Shown here one piece after another: positions 52,011-64,000 of a stretch of 64,000 nt of DNA. A program made the translations under genes and the position numbers. The notes beneath the pieces are model-generated. The model made no database searches and had not been told where the DNA came from. It was given only the letters and a program-made list of their open reading frames with translations. Positions within the stretch are counted from its first letter, which is position 1. Each line of letters starts with the position of its first letter. This stretch comes from Callorhinchus milii (lineage: Eukaryota), in assembly GCF_018977255.1 (NCBI RefSeq), contig NW_024704743.1, positions 36,024,001 to 36,088,000 of the forward strand, given 5' to 3'.

Positions 52011-52964
52011 TATGATTACAATAAATTACATTTGTATAACACCTTCACATTGGGAGAATGTCCCAAGTTGTTGGACAGTCAGGGATTTGGACCTCACCCC
52101 TACCCCCCTTTCAGGCAACCTGATCCAGTTATTGATTACCCTCTGAGTAAAGAAAAACTTCCTGGTATCTGTCTTGAAATTGCCCTTTACAACTCTAAAC
52201 TTATGTCCTCTAAACCTATGTGCCTCACAGAAGCTTTGTTAATCAGCTTAATGGTAAAATAATTCCTTTCTAATTCATGTTTTAATGTTATTAATAATGT
52301 TAATTAAAATAAATTTTTTGGGTTGCAATAAAAGATATTTTGCATAGCTTTAGAACTAGCCTGTACTTCCTCAGATTTCTGGCATCTTAATTGAGGTGAA
52401 GAACCCAATAGATTATCCTCCAGATAAACTGCAAACTCCGTTCTGCTTGGTTCCTATGAGTGCCTTCTCAACTCAGATGCTGGCCATTTTGATTTGCATG
52501 AATGCTCACTGCATCTTACGGATCCAGTGCAGAACCTCAATGTTCAACCCCCTTTCAAACCCAAATCCGGTCTTCCGCTCTCTTGCATTCCGTCAACTCT
52601 ACAACATTGTCCACCTACATCAATACTTTTCCCCTCAGACTACCGAGATCCTTGCCTTCATCAGAACCAGGCTTGAGTATTCGAATGCCCTGCTCAGCGG
52701 ACTCCCTCGTTGCTCCCTAGATGATCTAGAACTCTATAGCTCGATCCTCTCCTGCTCTGTGAGCCTTTCACCCCATATTTGCTCGACTCCACTGGCTCCC
52801 CAATTCCCAACGGATTAAGTTCAAGATCCTTGTATGCAAGTCCTTCCACAGTCTTGCCACATCCTACCCCTTTCTCAATCATCTAAATATTGAAGTACAG
52901 TTTATGCTTTGGAGATTGATGTTTTCATCTGCTTTTAGTATTCCTAATTTCTTAATACAAATAC

Positions 52965-53300
52965 CATTTCCTTGCATTTCATATAGCATCTTATCTTGTT
53001 GTTGAGACTTCTCAAAGCGCTTCACAGAATATACTGTGAAGTGAATTGACCCTGTATATTGTGGGCGAAACGCAACAGCCAATTGCGCACAGAGTGTCCC
53101 ACAAACAGTCATGGATTGAGTGACAAAATTATTATTTTTAATGGATTATTATCCCCAGAAAAGCGATCCGCGAATCGACTAATAACCTACCGACTTGCTG
53201 TTAGGTAATCAGAGGTGTGTGGAGTAAGGAAACTTGCCTAAAGTTTCGCTCTACCTGGGAATCAAACCCAGGTCCTCTCACTCGTCAGGTGAGTGCTCTA
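52965..53300 (-). mobile_element. Long tRNA-Ala SINE
   Basis: Tail, body and head (GCTACAGGACTC) present. Confidence 0.85.
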
Positions 53301-54932
53301 ACCAATACGCTACAGGACTCTGTAAATATGCATTTCCTTGTGTATTTGTTTTTCACCATATTGTCTGTGAAGAAGCTTTGCTTGCAATATTTCTAATTCC
53401 ACATAAACAACTGCTTTTACTTCCAGCTTTCAATTGATCCTTTAATCCTTAGTGCACCTGTGGTTTTGTGGCATTCTTTTACTTTGATACGCTGAATATC
53501 AGAACCAAACATACACAGCTCATTCCTATCGTAAACAACAGTTCATCCTTTAAGTATGTTCTCTCCATTTATATTTCAGTCCCAGAGGTGGAAAGACCGT
53601 GCACTAAGTAGTTACTTGTTCTACTCTGTCACATACTACATTGTAATATTCTTGAATAGAGTAGTACATTTGTGATACTTTAGTGCCATAAAATTTATTA
53701 CTACTAATTACTGTGATGGTGACAGACATTATGAAATTCATTCCTCTCAGTTAGCTGTATCGGCTCCTGTTACCTGATTAAAAAAAAAACATTGATACAA
53801 TCCATAGTGCAATGGACGTGGAAATGGAAAAAAAACCCTCAAATGCTGGCAGTGGGATTGAATTCTGTATTAAAAGATGTAATGTTTAATCTTTAAACAT
53901 GGATTTACAGCTTGTATTAGAAGCAAAGAGTTTGTAATCTAATGAATGCACTATAATTAAATCAGAAATTAGACTTGTCGTCTGTTTACGGACTTAATTA
54001 AGGTGCACCCATTAAATTAATTAACCTACAGTCTCTGAACACAAGAACACTTTGAGATCCTGGATGTTGTTGCTTCACAAACTTGCTCATTTATGAGCTG
54101 TTTTCAAAATCTTTTGTGTGGAGTCATCCTGTTCGCTGCATTTTAGTTGAAGCTTGATAATCTCAGCATCGTTCTGAGAAAAATGCTTGGGCGGATCGTT
54201 AGGTTAAGATCCGTGAGCTCTAAAGCTGCACAGTTCTATTTTTAATAAGAGAAACGTTGAATAGTACGTATTGGGTGAAGTTGCCAGGATTTCCTTGTGA
54301 TAATTATTTGCAAGTTGGCTTCCTTGAGATTGAATCTTGGGTCTAGCTCAGGAACCACCTTGACATTTTCAGATACCAGGTGTACCTTGTTCTGGAGGCA
54401 AAATTTGAATACAGTAGAAGAAGAAGCTGTCTTTGTTCAGTCAATATCATTGATCTTTAGTATTGAGGCAACGTTTTAGAGTGAGGATTCCCTCATTGTG
54501 TCAAGGGCATACGGAGGAGTGGGAATGAGATAAGATACTTTTATTCCCAATATTTCCTTTTCCTTTTTATTGATAGCTTCCCTTGATCACTCACCAATCC
54601 TTTATTAATAATGATAATAATCCTTGCATTTGATATAGCGCCTTTCATGTCGGGAGAACATTTCAAATCGCTTCACAGGATTTAGTAGTGTAAAGTGCAG
54701 TGACTGTATTTTGTTGGCAGACAGTAAACATTGTTCCAAGACACGTCAGTGCTGGCCACTGGGAGATACACGTGGAGGCCTGAAGTAGCAGAGTACCTTC
54801 TAACTTTTTTCTATTCCTTTCCTCCTGCTCCTTTGCAAGCTCCTCCCTTTGGCAGCATGGAAAAGGTTAGTAGCCCATCAGTGGGGAATCAAAGCCATAA
54901 ACTCTGCATTGTACTCTTAATTGTACTCAGAG

Positions 54933-55260
54933 TTCTGCAGCTCAATAGTTAGAGCACTCCTTCACAAGTGAGAGGCCCGGGTTCGATTCCCGGCAGGGCG
55001 AAAAGTTAGGCAATTTTCCTTACTCCACACGTCTCTGTTTACCTAGCAGTAAGTAGGAACTTGGTTGATATTCGATTGACCCATTGCTTACCGGGAGTAA
55101 AAATTATTTAAAAAAAAGTTACTCAATCCACAACTGTTTGTGGGACACTGCTGTGCGCAATTGGCTGCTGTGCTTCATCCACCAACTATACAGTCAATTC
55201 ACTTCACAGTATATTCTGTGTAACGCTTTGAGACGTCTTAACAATATAATAAGGCATTAA
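54933..55260 (+). mobile_element. Long tRNA-Ala SINE
   Basis: B box GGTTCGATTCC and CTGTTTACCTAGCAGTAAGTAGG body. Confidence 0.85.
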
Positions 55261-56449
55261 GTTAAATACTATTATTGTTATTATATCAACTTACATTTGT
55301 TGACTTGCTGGGACATGAAGTATTGACATTCTGCCTAAATATCTTGCTTATTTCTCTTGGAGCAAACCCAGCATAGGGCTATAATTATGGGAATTGGACC
55401 AATTTATCCTGCTTGGGAGATTAAACTGCACCTGATCTGAATCAGACAAAGCTCACTGAACTGGGCAATAAGTGGCAACGTTCAGAGAATTCCTTTTCAG
55501 TAATCTACTGAGCCTCATTCTTTCAGTGGCCCGTCTCACTTTATTAAAAGGGTATTGCCTTTCTTAAAACGTGTTTGGTGAGGCACTTATTTGTTCACAA
55601 AAATCTGGTGCAATAACAGAAGTCATGTTGAATCATGACAATCAACAACATTACCATACCTGTCAGGATACAACAACAACAAATTGCAATTGTATACCAC
55701 TCTTCACGTAGAATAACGTTTGTGAGCGTTTTACAGTGGTGGGGATGTGCTCTGGGGTGGGGAGCAAGCGAGGTGTCCATGGTAGGTTTTAAGGAAAGAC
55801 TTATTGACAGTAGCAAAACAGAGGGGTTGAAGGATGGATTTACAGAGGTTAGGGGTGTAGAATTGTAATTGTAAAGCTCAGCCACCAATGTGTTAATACA
55901 ATATTATCAAATTAAAATAATGCAGTTCTCTCCTCCCTTTTCAGCTAAAATAATATTTGTCAAACACACTTTTGCATAGGTGATTCAACCTTTAAAATTA
56001 GCTTCTTGGAAATTTGACCCGATGTGCTTGGATTATGAAAGTCAACAACTTAAATCTGATTTAATTATTATGCAATCTTGTATTTAGGATAAATGCAAAT
56101 ACAGTGATTAGAATGAAAAGCTAATACTGTTCCCTTTAAACCTGTATTAATGTTGGAATGACACATCGGGGTGTAACAGGATACTTAATGTGAGTTGCGC
56201 AAATGGGGACTCATTCCCATGGTGGTGGTACATCACTGTCATCCGGTGCAATGCACTTCAGAGTTGAATTCTCACAAGTTATCAGTATTTCTAACAGGAT
56301 TCTATATTAAGAAACCCTGCATCTGAGTCTCAAGAGTTAAGATATCTGCAGCAAATTATTCTGTTTTTAGGGCCTTGTGCACCTTACCATGTCCTTATCA
56401 CTTTAGGATTTTTGTTTAATGCTGAACCTATCATTCCCATCTTCGCAAT

Positions 56450-56865
56450 CCCCCAGAGGATGAAGTTCAAAATCCTTCGAAGCTCTCCACGGCTTTGCTC
56501 CCCCTCCCCCCCCCCCCCCCAAACTCTGTGACCTGCTAACTCCAAACTGCCCTGTCTGCTCCCTCCGCTAAGCAGACACCAGCCTGCTCCATGTCCTCCG
56601 CCCTGCCCGCCCCACCATCGGCGGTCAGGCCTTCAGCTTCTCTGTCTCCACTCTTTGGAACTGCATCCCACAGTCACTTTGCCTCACTTCCTCCTTTGTC
56701 TCCTTCAAGGCCCGACTCAAGACCCCTCTTTTCGACCGTGCCTTCAGTCACCTCCTGCCCTCCACCCGCCCTGATCCCAACCCCAGTTTGCGTGTGGATC
56801 CTCGACTGTTCAATGCTTTGGGATGTCCTCCCGACGTGAAAGGCACTATACAAATGTAATTTGTT
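56450..56865 (+). mobile_element. L2 3' fragment
   Basis: CCCACCATCGGCGGTCAGGCCTTCAGC and GTGAAAGGCACTATACAAATG tail. Confidence 0.85.
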
Positions 56866-57462
56866 GGTGTCAATGTTATGTTTGTACCAAAACAACATCA
56901 GTAAGATATTAGTGCAGAGGAGTTGAATTGTGCTGTGATTTATCTGTATTACCTACATTGAGAGCTACAAAATGGATGGTTTGGTAGTGATGTATATCTA
57001 TTTTCACATTAAATCTGCATTTGTGACTACTGCCAGATTCAGTGACACACACAGGTCTGCAATGCCATTGCTGATATCACATAAGTAAAATGAAAGCTTT
57101 TCTTGTCATTCATCAGTAGCAAAGAATATAATTTTTTTTCTTGCTGTTTGGGTTTTCATAAGCTGATATAATAGGGTGTTGACCTCCTGAGCACAGCATC
57201 AATGATTTGGGGAAATGACTGGCAAGTTGTTACCTGGCTGAACAATATGGGCTTATGCTGACTGCGGAGAGGGAACATTTGAAAGATGGCACTATTATAA
57301 AAGATAAAAGTTGTGGTGACTTTCACTGGTGCCCGTAGGGCCACAGAAAAACACAATCAAAAGATTAATACTGATGGCCATCATTTACAGCATGCCAGTC
57401 TGGATTGAAGACTGACATGGAAACCAAGTTCACTAAATATACTGATTTCAGTGTTTCTTTTT

Positions 57463-58165
57463 GGAGTCCTGTTGCTCAGTGGTTAGAGCACTCGTCTTGC
57501 AAGCAAGATGACCTGGGTTTGATTCCTGGGGAGAGTGAAATGTTGGGCAAGTTTCCTTACACCACACGCCTCTATTTACCTAGCAATAAGTAGGAACTCA
57601 GTTGTTAGTTGATTGGTGGATTGCTTTTGGGGATAATAATTCCTTCAAAATAAAGAAAAATAATTTGGTCACTCAATCCATTACAGTTTGGGACACTGGT
57701 ATGTCCCAATTGTCTGCCGCATTTAACCCACATAATATTATGTGAAGCGCTTTGACATGTCTTGAAGACGTGATAAGGAGCTATATCAAGTCGTCTTTCT
57801 TATTCCTATAAATAGAATTTGAAACCTGTATTTCGACAATGCAATTGTTTTTTGATCTGTTATAATAATCACGTCTTTGAGATGTCTCAAAGTCCTTCAC
57901 AGATATATACTGTAAAATGAATTGACTATATTTTTGTGGGTGAAATGCGGCAGCCAATTGTGCATAGCAGTGTCACTCAAACAGTCGTGGATTGAGTGAC
58001 CAAATTATTTTTCTTTATTTTGAAGGAATTATTACCCCTAGAAAAGCGATCCACCAATCGACTAACAACTTACTGCTGGTAAACGTAGGCATGTGGAGTA
58101 AGGAAACTTGCCCAATGTTTCGCCAAACCCATGTCCTCTCGCTTGTCAGATGAGTGCTCTAATCA
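57463..58165. mobile_element. Tail-to-tail inverted pair of long tRNA-Ala SINEs (+ 57463-57790; - ~57860-58165)
   Basis: Both copies recognisable; 57634-57680 is the exact reverse complement of 57988-58034. Confidence 0.88.
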
Positions 58166-58424
58166 ACAAGATTACATTTTGTTGGGATACCTCTCCATTT
58201 CTAGCTGGTACTCAAGGTTACAATAACACTGAGGACTCTGCATATGGAGAGGAGAGGTAATGGGTACCATGGTTCCAGCCTGTGCCACATTCCGTCAGTA
58301 AGAAAGCTAATTTGGTGGCCATTTTGACCTGTTAATACAATTAATTAAACATATCTTAAAAGAATGGATATAAAAATCTTGTTGTATTCTAAATGATTAT
58401 AGGGGAATCCCTATATCCCAAAAA

Positions 58425-59100
58425 ATAGTATAGCGCCTTTCATATTGGGAGAACGTCCCAAGGCGCTGGACAGAGTACAGCATTTCAGACCCAAGCTGGG
58501 GACGGTGGGGGGGCGGCCGATAGCATGGTCGAAGAGGAGGGTCTTGAGGAGGGACTTTAAGGAGGGGGCGAGGCGGAGTGACTGGGGGATGGAATTCCAG
58601 AGATTGGGGGCAGAGTGGCTGAAGGCTCTCCTGCCAATGGTGGGGCGGGTGGGTCGGGGACATGGAGCAGACCAGAGCCGGCTGAGCGGAGGGAACGGGC
58701 GGGTTGGTAGGGAGTTAGGAGGTCACAGAGGTACGGTGGGGCGAGGCCATGGAGGGCTTTGTATGTGAGGACCGGAATCTTGAACTGGATCCTCTGAAGG
58801 ATAGAGAACCAATGGAGTTAGGGGAGATGGGGTCACGGAGTTTGGACACGGGCTGCAGAGTTCTGGATTATCTGCAGCCTGTGGGGGAGGAGTTGGGAAG
58901 GCCGACAAGCAGGGCATTTGCATAGTCGAGCCTGGAGGTGATGAAGGCATGAACAAGAGTTTCAGTGGCCTGAGGGGTGAGGTAGCGGCGGAGTCGGGCG
59001 ATGTTACGGAGGTGAGGGAAGGCAGAGCGGTCATGGCTTGAATGTGGGGAGAAAAGACAGTTGAGAGTTGAACAAGACACCGAGGTTCCTGACTGGCTGG
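58425..59100 (-). mobile_element. L2 3' fragment
   Basis: ORF 58868-59179 [40 protein letters not shown]. Confidence 0.92.
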
Positions 59101-59672
59101 TGATCACTAAATTACAGGACTCCTCTGAATGTCTAATTTGGGTAAGCTTAAAATCCAGAAAAGACTGTACACTGTACAAATGTGCAGAAATGCAGCACAG
59201 ATTGCAAAATGCATTGAGGCACTTTGCAATGGAATATAGCCTTTAGATTTGAGCAACTGATTAAATATTACATCTTTAAAGTGATGAAATAGTCAATTAA
59301 AAAAATTGGTATCTTCTGGTCAATTACATTTTCTTACAGAAATTGGAGCAGCATTTAATACAAATGTTAAAATACCAATGTAAATTAGCATCAAAGCAAT
59401 ATCAAATATGTGCAATTCAAAGAGGAATGACTGGAAGCATTCTCCAGATGATCATGAAAAACAGCTAATTATTAAAAACTAAAATAGATCGTGGATCACG
59501 GTAGCTTTTTTTTGTGTGTGAATCTTTTTGCGTCTTAATTTATTTTGAAGTGTGCCGAATTGGCCAACAACTCGTGATCTGGATGCAGAAAGAAACTGAA
59601 CAACTAGAAAAACAGTAAAAATATTTGTCTTCGTTTGAGTTTTCAGTTTAGAAAATATTGGCCTGGTTTGTT

Positions 59673-59794
59673 GAATTATTGTAACTGCGCTTTTTGGAAA
59701 TGGGAATAAACTTTAGTATGAGCTATCTATTCTGAATTATTGTAACTGCGCTTTTTGGAAATGGGAATAAACTTTAGTATGAGCTATCTATTCT
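59673..59794. repeat. Perfect 61-bp tandem duplication
   Basis: GAATTATTGTAACTGCGCTTTTTGGAAATGGGAATAAACTTTAGTATGAGCTATCTATTCT at 59673-59733 and 59734-59794. Confidence 0.95.
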
Positions 59795-60015
59795 CTGTGA
59801 TACCCCCAAACTTGATCTTTTAATTTTCCAGTAAATATGCGATATGGAGTTGTCTGAGGAAGCGTGTCTCCTTTATCAATACTCTTGGACTTATCAGTAC
59901 TTTTGGGACATCCTCCTGACTTGAAAGGCGCTATACAAATGTAATATTGTATTGTCCTGCACATGGGGAGACAAAAGCAATCATTTGGCTTACTGAAACA
60001 TGACNTTTTTTTCAG

Positions 60016-60060
60016 GTCTAGACTATTTTGATGGTCAATTTGGAGCTTGGCACAAATACC
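60016..60060 (+). other. 5' UTR part of the ATG-containing exon
   Basis: Acceptor (T)7CAG| ends at 60015, with one N at 60005 in the pyrimidine tract. An in-frame TAG at 60019-60021 precludes coding continuity from an upstream exon. Confidence 0.8.
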
Positions 60061-60170
60061 ATGGGCAAGAAGCTAGACCTCTCTGGTTTGACGGATGATG
60101 AAGCTGAACACGTCCTAAAGGTTGTCCAGCGGGATTTTGATCTGCGAAAGAAGGAGCAGGACAGACTAAG
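60061..60170 (+). CDS. MYRIP: First coding exon (partial CDS) of a Rab27 effector of the Slac2/exophilin family, N-terminal SHD1 helix; most likely MYRIP (Slac2-c), paralogue MLPH not excluded
   Basis: Strong Kozak context accATGG; translates [36 protein letters not shown]. 110 coding nt end at AG|GTAC (donor GT at 60171). Residues G9, D13, E16, K30 and the split codon AG- (compatible with Ser of MYRIP 'ERLSE') favour MYRIP over MLPH (LSKLTDEEAQ) by recalled sequences. Confidence 0.85.
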
Positions 60171-61393
60171 GTACATTTTGAACTCTGAGGGTGGTATTTT
60201 ATCAGGTTTGTCAGCTAAGTCCATAGTCCCTGTGTATTAAATAAAACCGAGTTGGTCTCTGTTAGACAACAAATTAGATGTCGGAAGCAGGCAATATTTC
60301 AGAAGGATGAGCTATATACTGAGCACTAGTTAGAGATTGATTCTGTAACTTTCTTCTAATTGTCAGATGGTGTTGGAAAGATAGGTTTACTCATTTAAAC
60401 CTGACAAAGAAATAAAGCTGAGTTGTGCTTGAAATAATAATACTTCTTGCCAGTGTTTCTCTAAAAGCTTCCAAACTTGAGTACTTGGTCAATTATTCTT
60501 AGGGGCAAGAATATCAAAATATCAGCTGTACTTCCATGTTTTTTTTAACGGTTTTCAAAGACAGTCACTGATTCCATCATGTAGTACTAGATACAAATGA
60601 ACCTGAGGAAACAAATTGTTCTAACACAGTTGGTTATATGTCAATTAGCAATCAAGTACTTTATTTGCTCTCGTTATTTTAGTTATTATTTTAATAGACA
60701 TATAAAGCTATTTATATTGCCCCCAGATCTTTAACTTGCCCTAAGTTATGTTTCAATTCTTGGCCAAGAAGCAAGGCAGGAGAGCAGATGACCTGCTCCC
60801 AGGCCCTCTCTCCTGGGCCAGCTGCTAGTTAGTACACAAGAAGGGCCCACGGCAATACAGCTTTGAAAACAGAGTGGCAGATTGCTCTACCTGGCAGAGA
60901 GGAACTGCCTGGAACTTTGGTTCACCTTCATCAATGTCATTGCTAGGATCTGAAAGTTACTGTGCAGGGAATTGTAAATAAGAGCCTGGATTCTGTGGCA
61001 CAATACAGTATGCTGGGACCAAACAGTGCACTCAACTATCAAACCACCTTGTTTTGGTTTTAGCTTATTTGTAACTAGTTTTGATAAACAAACTTTTTAC
61101 ATGACAGTGACTATCTTGGGTCTCAGTCTCACACTGCGGCAGATAGATTTCTTGCATGGCCAAGGTAGAAGTCATAGAATTTCAAACAAAACCTGGAATA
61201 TGTTTTTTTTTATCTGGATCAAAATGTTGATCTAGTCCTTCATCTCTTATTCATGATTGATATTTTCATTTCAACTTCTGATCTCAACTGTTTTTTTTAT
61301 TCTATGAAGATATGGCTGTGCTTTAGAATACAAAAAGGCTGCAAACTTTCTCCACAGCTCACCTCCCATTCCATTATCCCCATCCAAAATACT

Positions 61394-61700
61394 GGAGTCC
61401 TGTAGCTCAGTGGTCAGAGCACTCGCCTTGCAAGTGAGACACCTGGGTTCAATTCCAGGCAGGGCGAAACCTTAGGCAAGTTTCCTTACTCCACATACCT
61501 AATAATAATCCCTCCAAAACAATAATAAATTGGTCATTTTCCATCCACGAATGTTTGTGGGACTGCTGTGCTCAATTGGCTGCCGTGTTTCATCCACAAA
61601 TGTACAGTCAATTCACTTTCCAGTCTATTCTGTGAAGCGCTTTGAGACGTCTAGAAGACGTGAAAAGCACTATATCAATTATTATTATTATTTTATTATT
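61394..61700 (+). mobile_element. tRNA-Ala SINE, short subfamily, in the intron after the coding exon
   Basis: GGAGTCCTGTAGCTCAGTGG head, CCACATACCT|AATAATAATCCC junction and (TTA)n tail. Confidence 0.9.
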
Positions 61701-64000
61701 ATAACTGGTACTCTGATCATCTCTGAAAGAGGGACTGAAGGAAATTTAGCAGCAGATTCTGAAGCGAGAGCCGAACAATGGAACAGTCTTGAAGCTTATG
61801 GCAATAGAATGAAGATAAATCATTCAGGCACTTGTTTGGTAATCATTGTAGTTGTTTTCCAAGAATGTGGATGGGTATTAAATTGCTTCTGAAATGGATA
61901 TTTTATAAGTCTATGAAAAAATGGAGAGAAAGTGTTCTTATCCATTTGTATTGCTTAAGCTTTCATACACATTTGTTTTCCAATACTGCTGGTTTTCACA
62001 GTTTATATAGGACTTTACAGCACCGAAACAAGCCATTTGGTCCTACTGGTTCACACAATTGTTTGATATCAGTGGCCTTGGAGGAGGAAAATCTTTTCTG
62101 TAAATTAAGTGATTCTACTAGTCACTAAACACTCAGATATATATTGTGCAAATAGATATTCATTTAAGTCTTTGCCCTCACTAGACGCAACTGCCTCTTT
62201 TGATTTTTTTAAAAAAGTTGTGTGAATTTTATGCTGCTTCAAGTGAGGGAAGCTTATGTTGGAGAGTGAAAGACTTTTCTAACTTTTGTTGTAATAATAA
62301 TTAGAATATACACATACCCCTTGCATTTGATATAGCACCTTATGATGTCAAGATATCTCAAAGCACTTCACAGGATATACTCTAAAGTGGATTTGACTGT
62401 GTATCTTAATCACATGTCTCAATGATGTGATAAGGCGCTGTATCAAATTATTATTATTATTATTTTGTAGGTGAAACACAGCAGTCAGTATTGTGCACAA
62501 CAGTCCCACAAACAACCATGGAGTGAGCGACCAATTTTAGTTTGCACTGGAGTGTCAGCTTAGACTTTCTGAATTTTGAGTTCCTATATGGGGCTTGATC
62601 CACAACCCTCTGACTCCGAGGTGAGAGTTCTACACGGAACCAGGCTGAAACACTCCCATTAGTAATTCCATCAGTGATTTAAAAAAAAACTTGCAACAAA
62701 GACAATCCATTACTTTGAACACAGTGAACCATAATGTTTATAATTAGCTGGTTAAATGAGAAATTGTAAAGACAACATGTTTTCTTCAATGATTGCACAC
62801 GTGTATATGTGCTTATAAAGTAGAGGAGGGTGAGTTTTTTAAAAAAAGTCTGCTGATGTCCTGTACTCCATTGCTTCTTATAATACTGGTGTGACAGGGA
62901 AATCTGTACCTCTTTCTGCTCTACTAGCTATGAAATCAGTCCTGTAGCTGGAAATCAGAGATAGGACATTGATATGAATATAACTAAATAGCCATCTTTT
63001 AAAGAATTCTGCTCTGCTTTTACTTTTTTATATAGCATGTTAATAATCAGATGTAAGAGTTCACAGAGTTTGTAATGATATTTGATGTTACCAATATTGA
63101 AAACTGACAAAGATGGTTATTTCATGCAATTATTCCAAATTCACCCATTTATTCCTTAATTAAAGATATTAAATGTGTCTTGTCACTGAGAAAGTTTGCC
63201 TGACTGTAGTCACTTAACACAGATGCCTCTGTGAAGGATGGATGAGATAACTAAGGTGATTTTAAGCATGAGGGATCTACTTAAATTAGCTGCGGTGCAC
63301 TGTTCTGGAGTAGAATCTAGACACTATCATTATACTTCACGCAGCTGAACCATTTGGGAATAGGGATGGTGACACACTGGATTACGGAGGAAAAACAGCT
63401 TCTCAAATGTCTTCTCAGGTTTTCAGGAAACATATAAAGCCCTGTGTTAAATCAACAATCTCGATGTGAAAGGTGCTATGTAAATTTTTGTAGTTTAGTA
63501 TTGGTCGGAAAATATTGTTGCACAATTTTGAAACATCATAGTGTTCAACTTCAGCATCTGGCTGAGAAGTCATTCGTTCATAGAAAGTGGACAGTGGTTC
63601 AAACATGGCTGCATAATTCCTTGCCAGCTTGGTAGCAGAGTTTGGCTGCTCACACAGATTTCTTCATTGTTATTCTCAGTGGGACGTTAGGGTAGGAGTA
63701 ATTCAAACAGGTTGTTCAATCTTTTGTATTGGTAATACAGAGTTAGTAATGAAAGAAATAACTTCTATTTTTATTGCACTTTTTTACTTATCGTTGAAAT
63801 ATTTTAAAGACCTTCATAGTTAATTACTGTCAAGTGTGTGAATGTTATTGCGGGCAAACATGGCAGTCATTTGTTCTCGCAAGTTCACATTAACAGCTAT
63901 GAAGTGAATGAGCAATTAATCTCGTGGATTGTTAGCGAGGACACCTCTTTTTGAATAGTGCCATGGACACCTGAAGAGGCAGATGGGACTTCAGCTTAAC

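Noticed and set aside
59673..59794. CRISPR-like repeat
   Set aside because: Two adjacent units with no spacers and no cas genes, in a eukaryotic context.
60171..60240. ORF-track continuation YILNSEGG.. after the Slac2 motif
   Set aside because: Read-through into the intron past the GT donor at 60171.

Overview
Repeat-rich vertebrate genomic DNA. It is most likely from a cartilaginous fish, possibly a chimaera; this is inferred from the CR1, L2 and DeuSINE repeat complement. The only convincing host coding sequence is the first coding exon of a Rab27-effector Slac2-family gene on the + strand (exon 60016-60170, ATG at 60061, [36 protein letters not shown]). It is most likely MYRIP, although MLPH is not excluded. 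A GC/CpG-enriched promoter-like region at about 33.2-33.9 kb has two GTGAGT donors and probably holds non-coding first exon(s), which implies an intron 1 of about 26 kb. That intron opens with a ~1.5 kb G-rich array lacking C and a ~1.1 kb TG-rich array. The rest is L2 and CR1 LINE fragments, an old DeuSINE, a younger tRNA-Ala-headed SINE (long and short subfamilies) sharing the L2 3' end, AmnSINE2-like relics and unclassified palindromic repeats. There are no prokaryotic systems or CRISPR arrays. The best novel candidates are two pre-miRNA-sized hairpins at about 20.0 and 20.5 kb, an inverted SINE pair sharing a perfect 47-bp stem, a modular LINE/SINE system and an in-frame upstream ATG. Repeat boundaries are approximate, and family names come from recalled consensus motifs rather than a database search.
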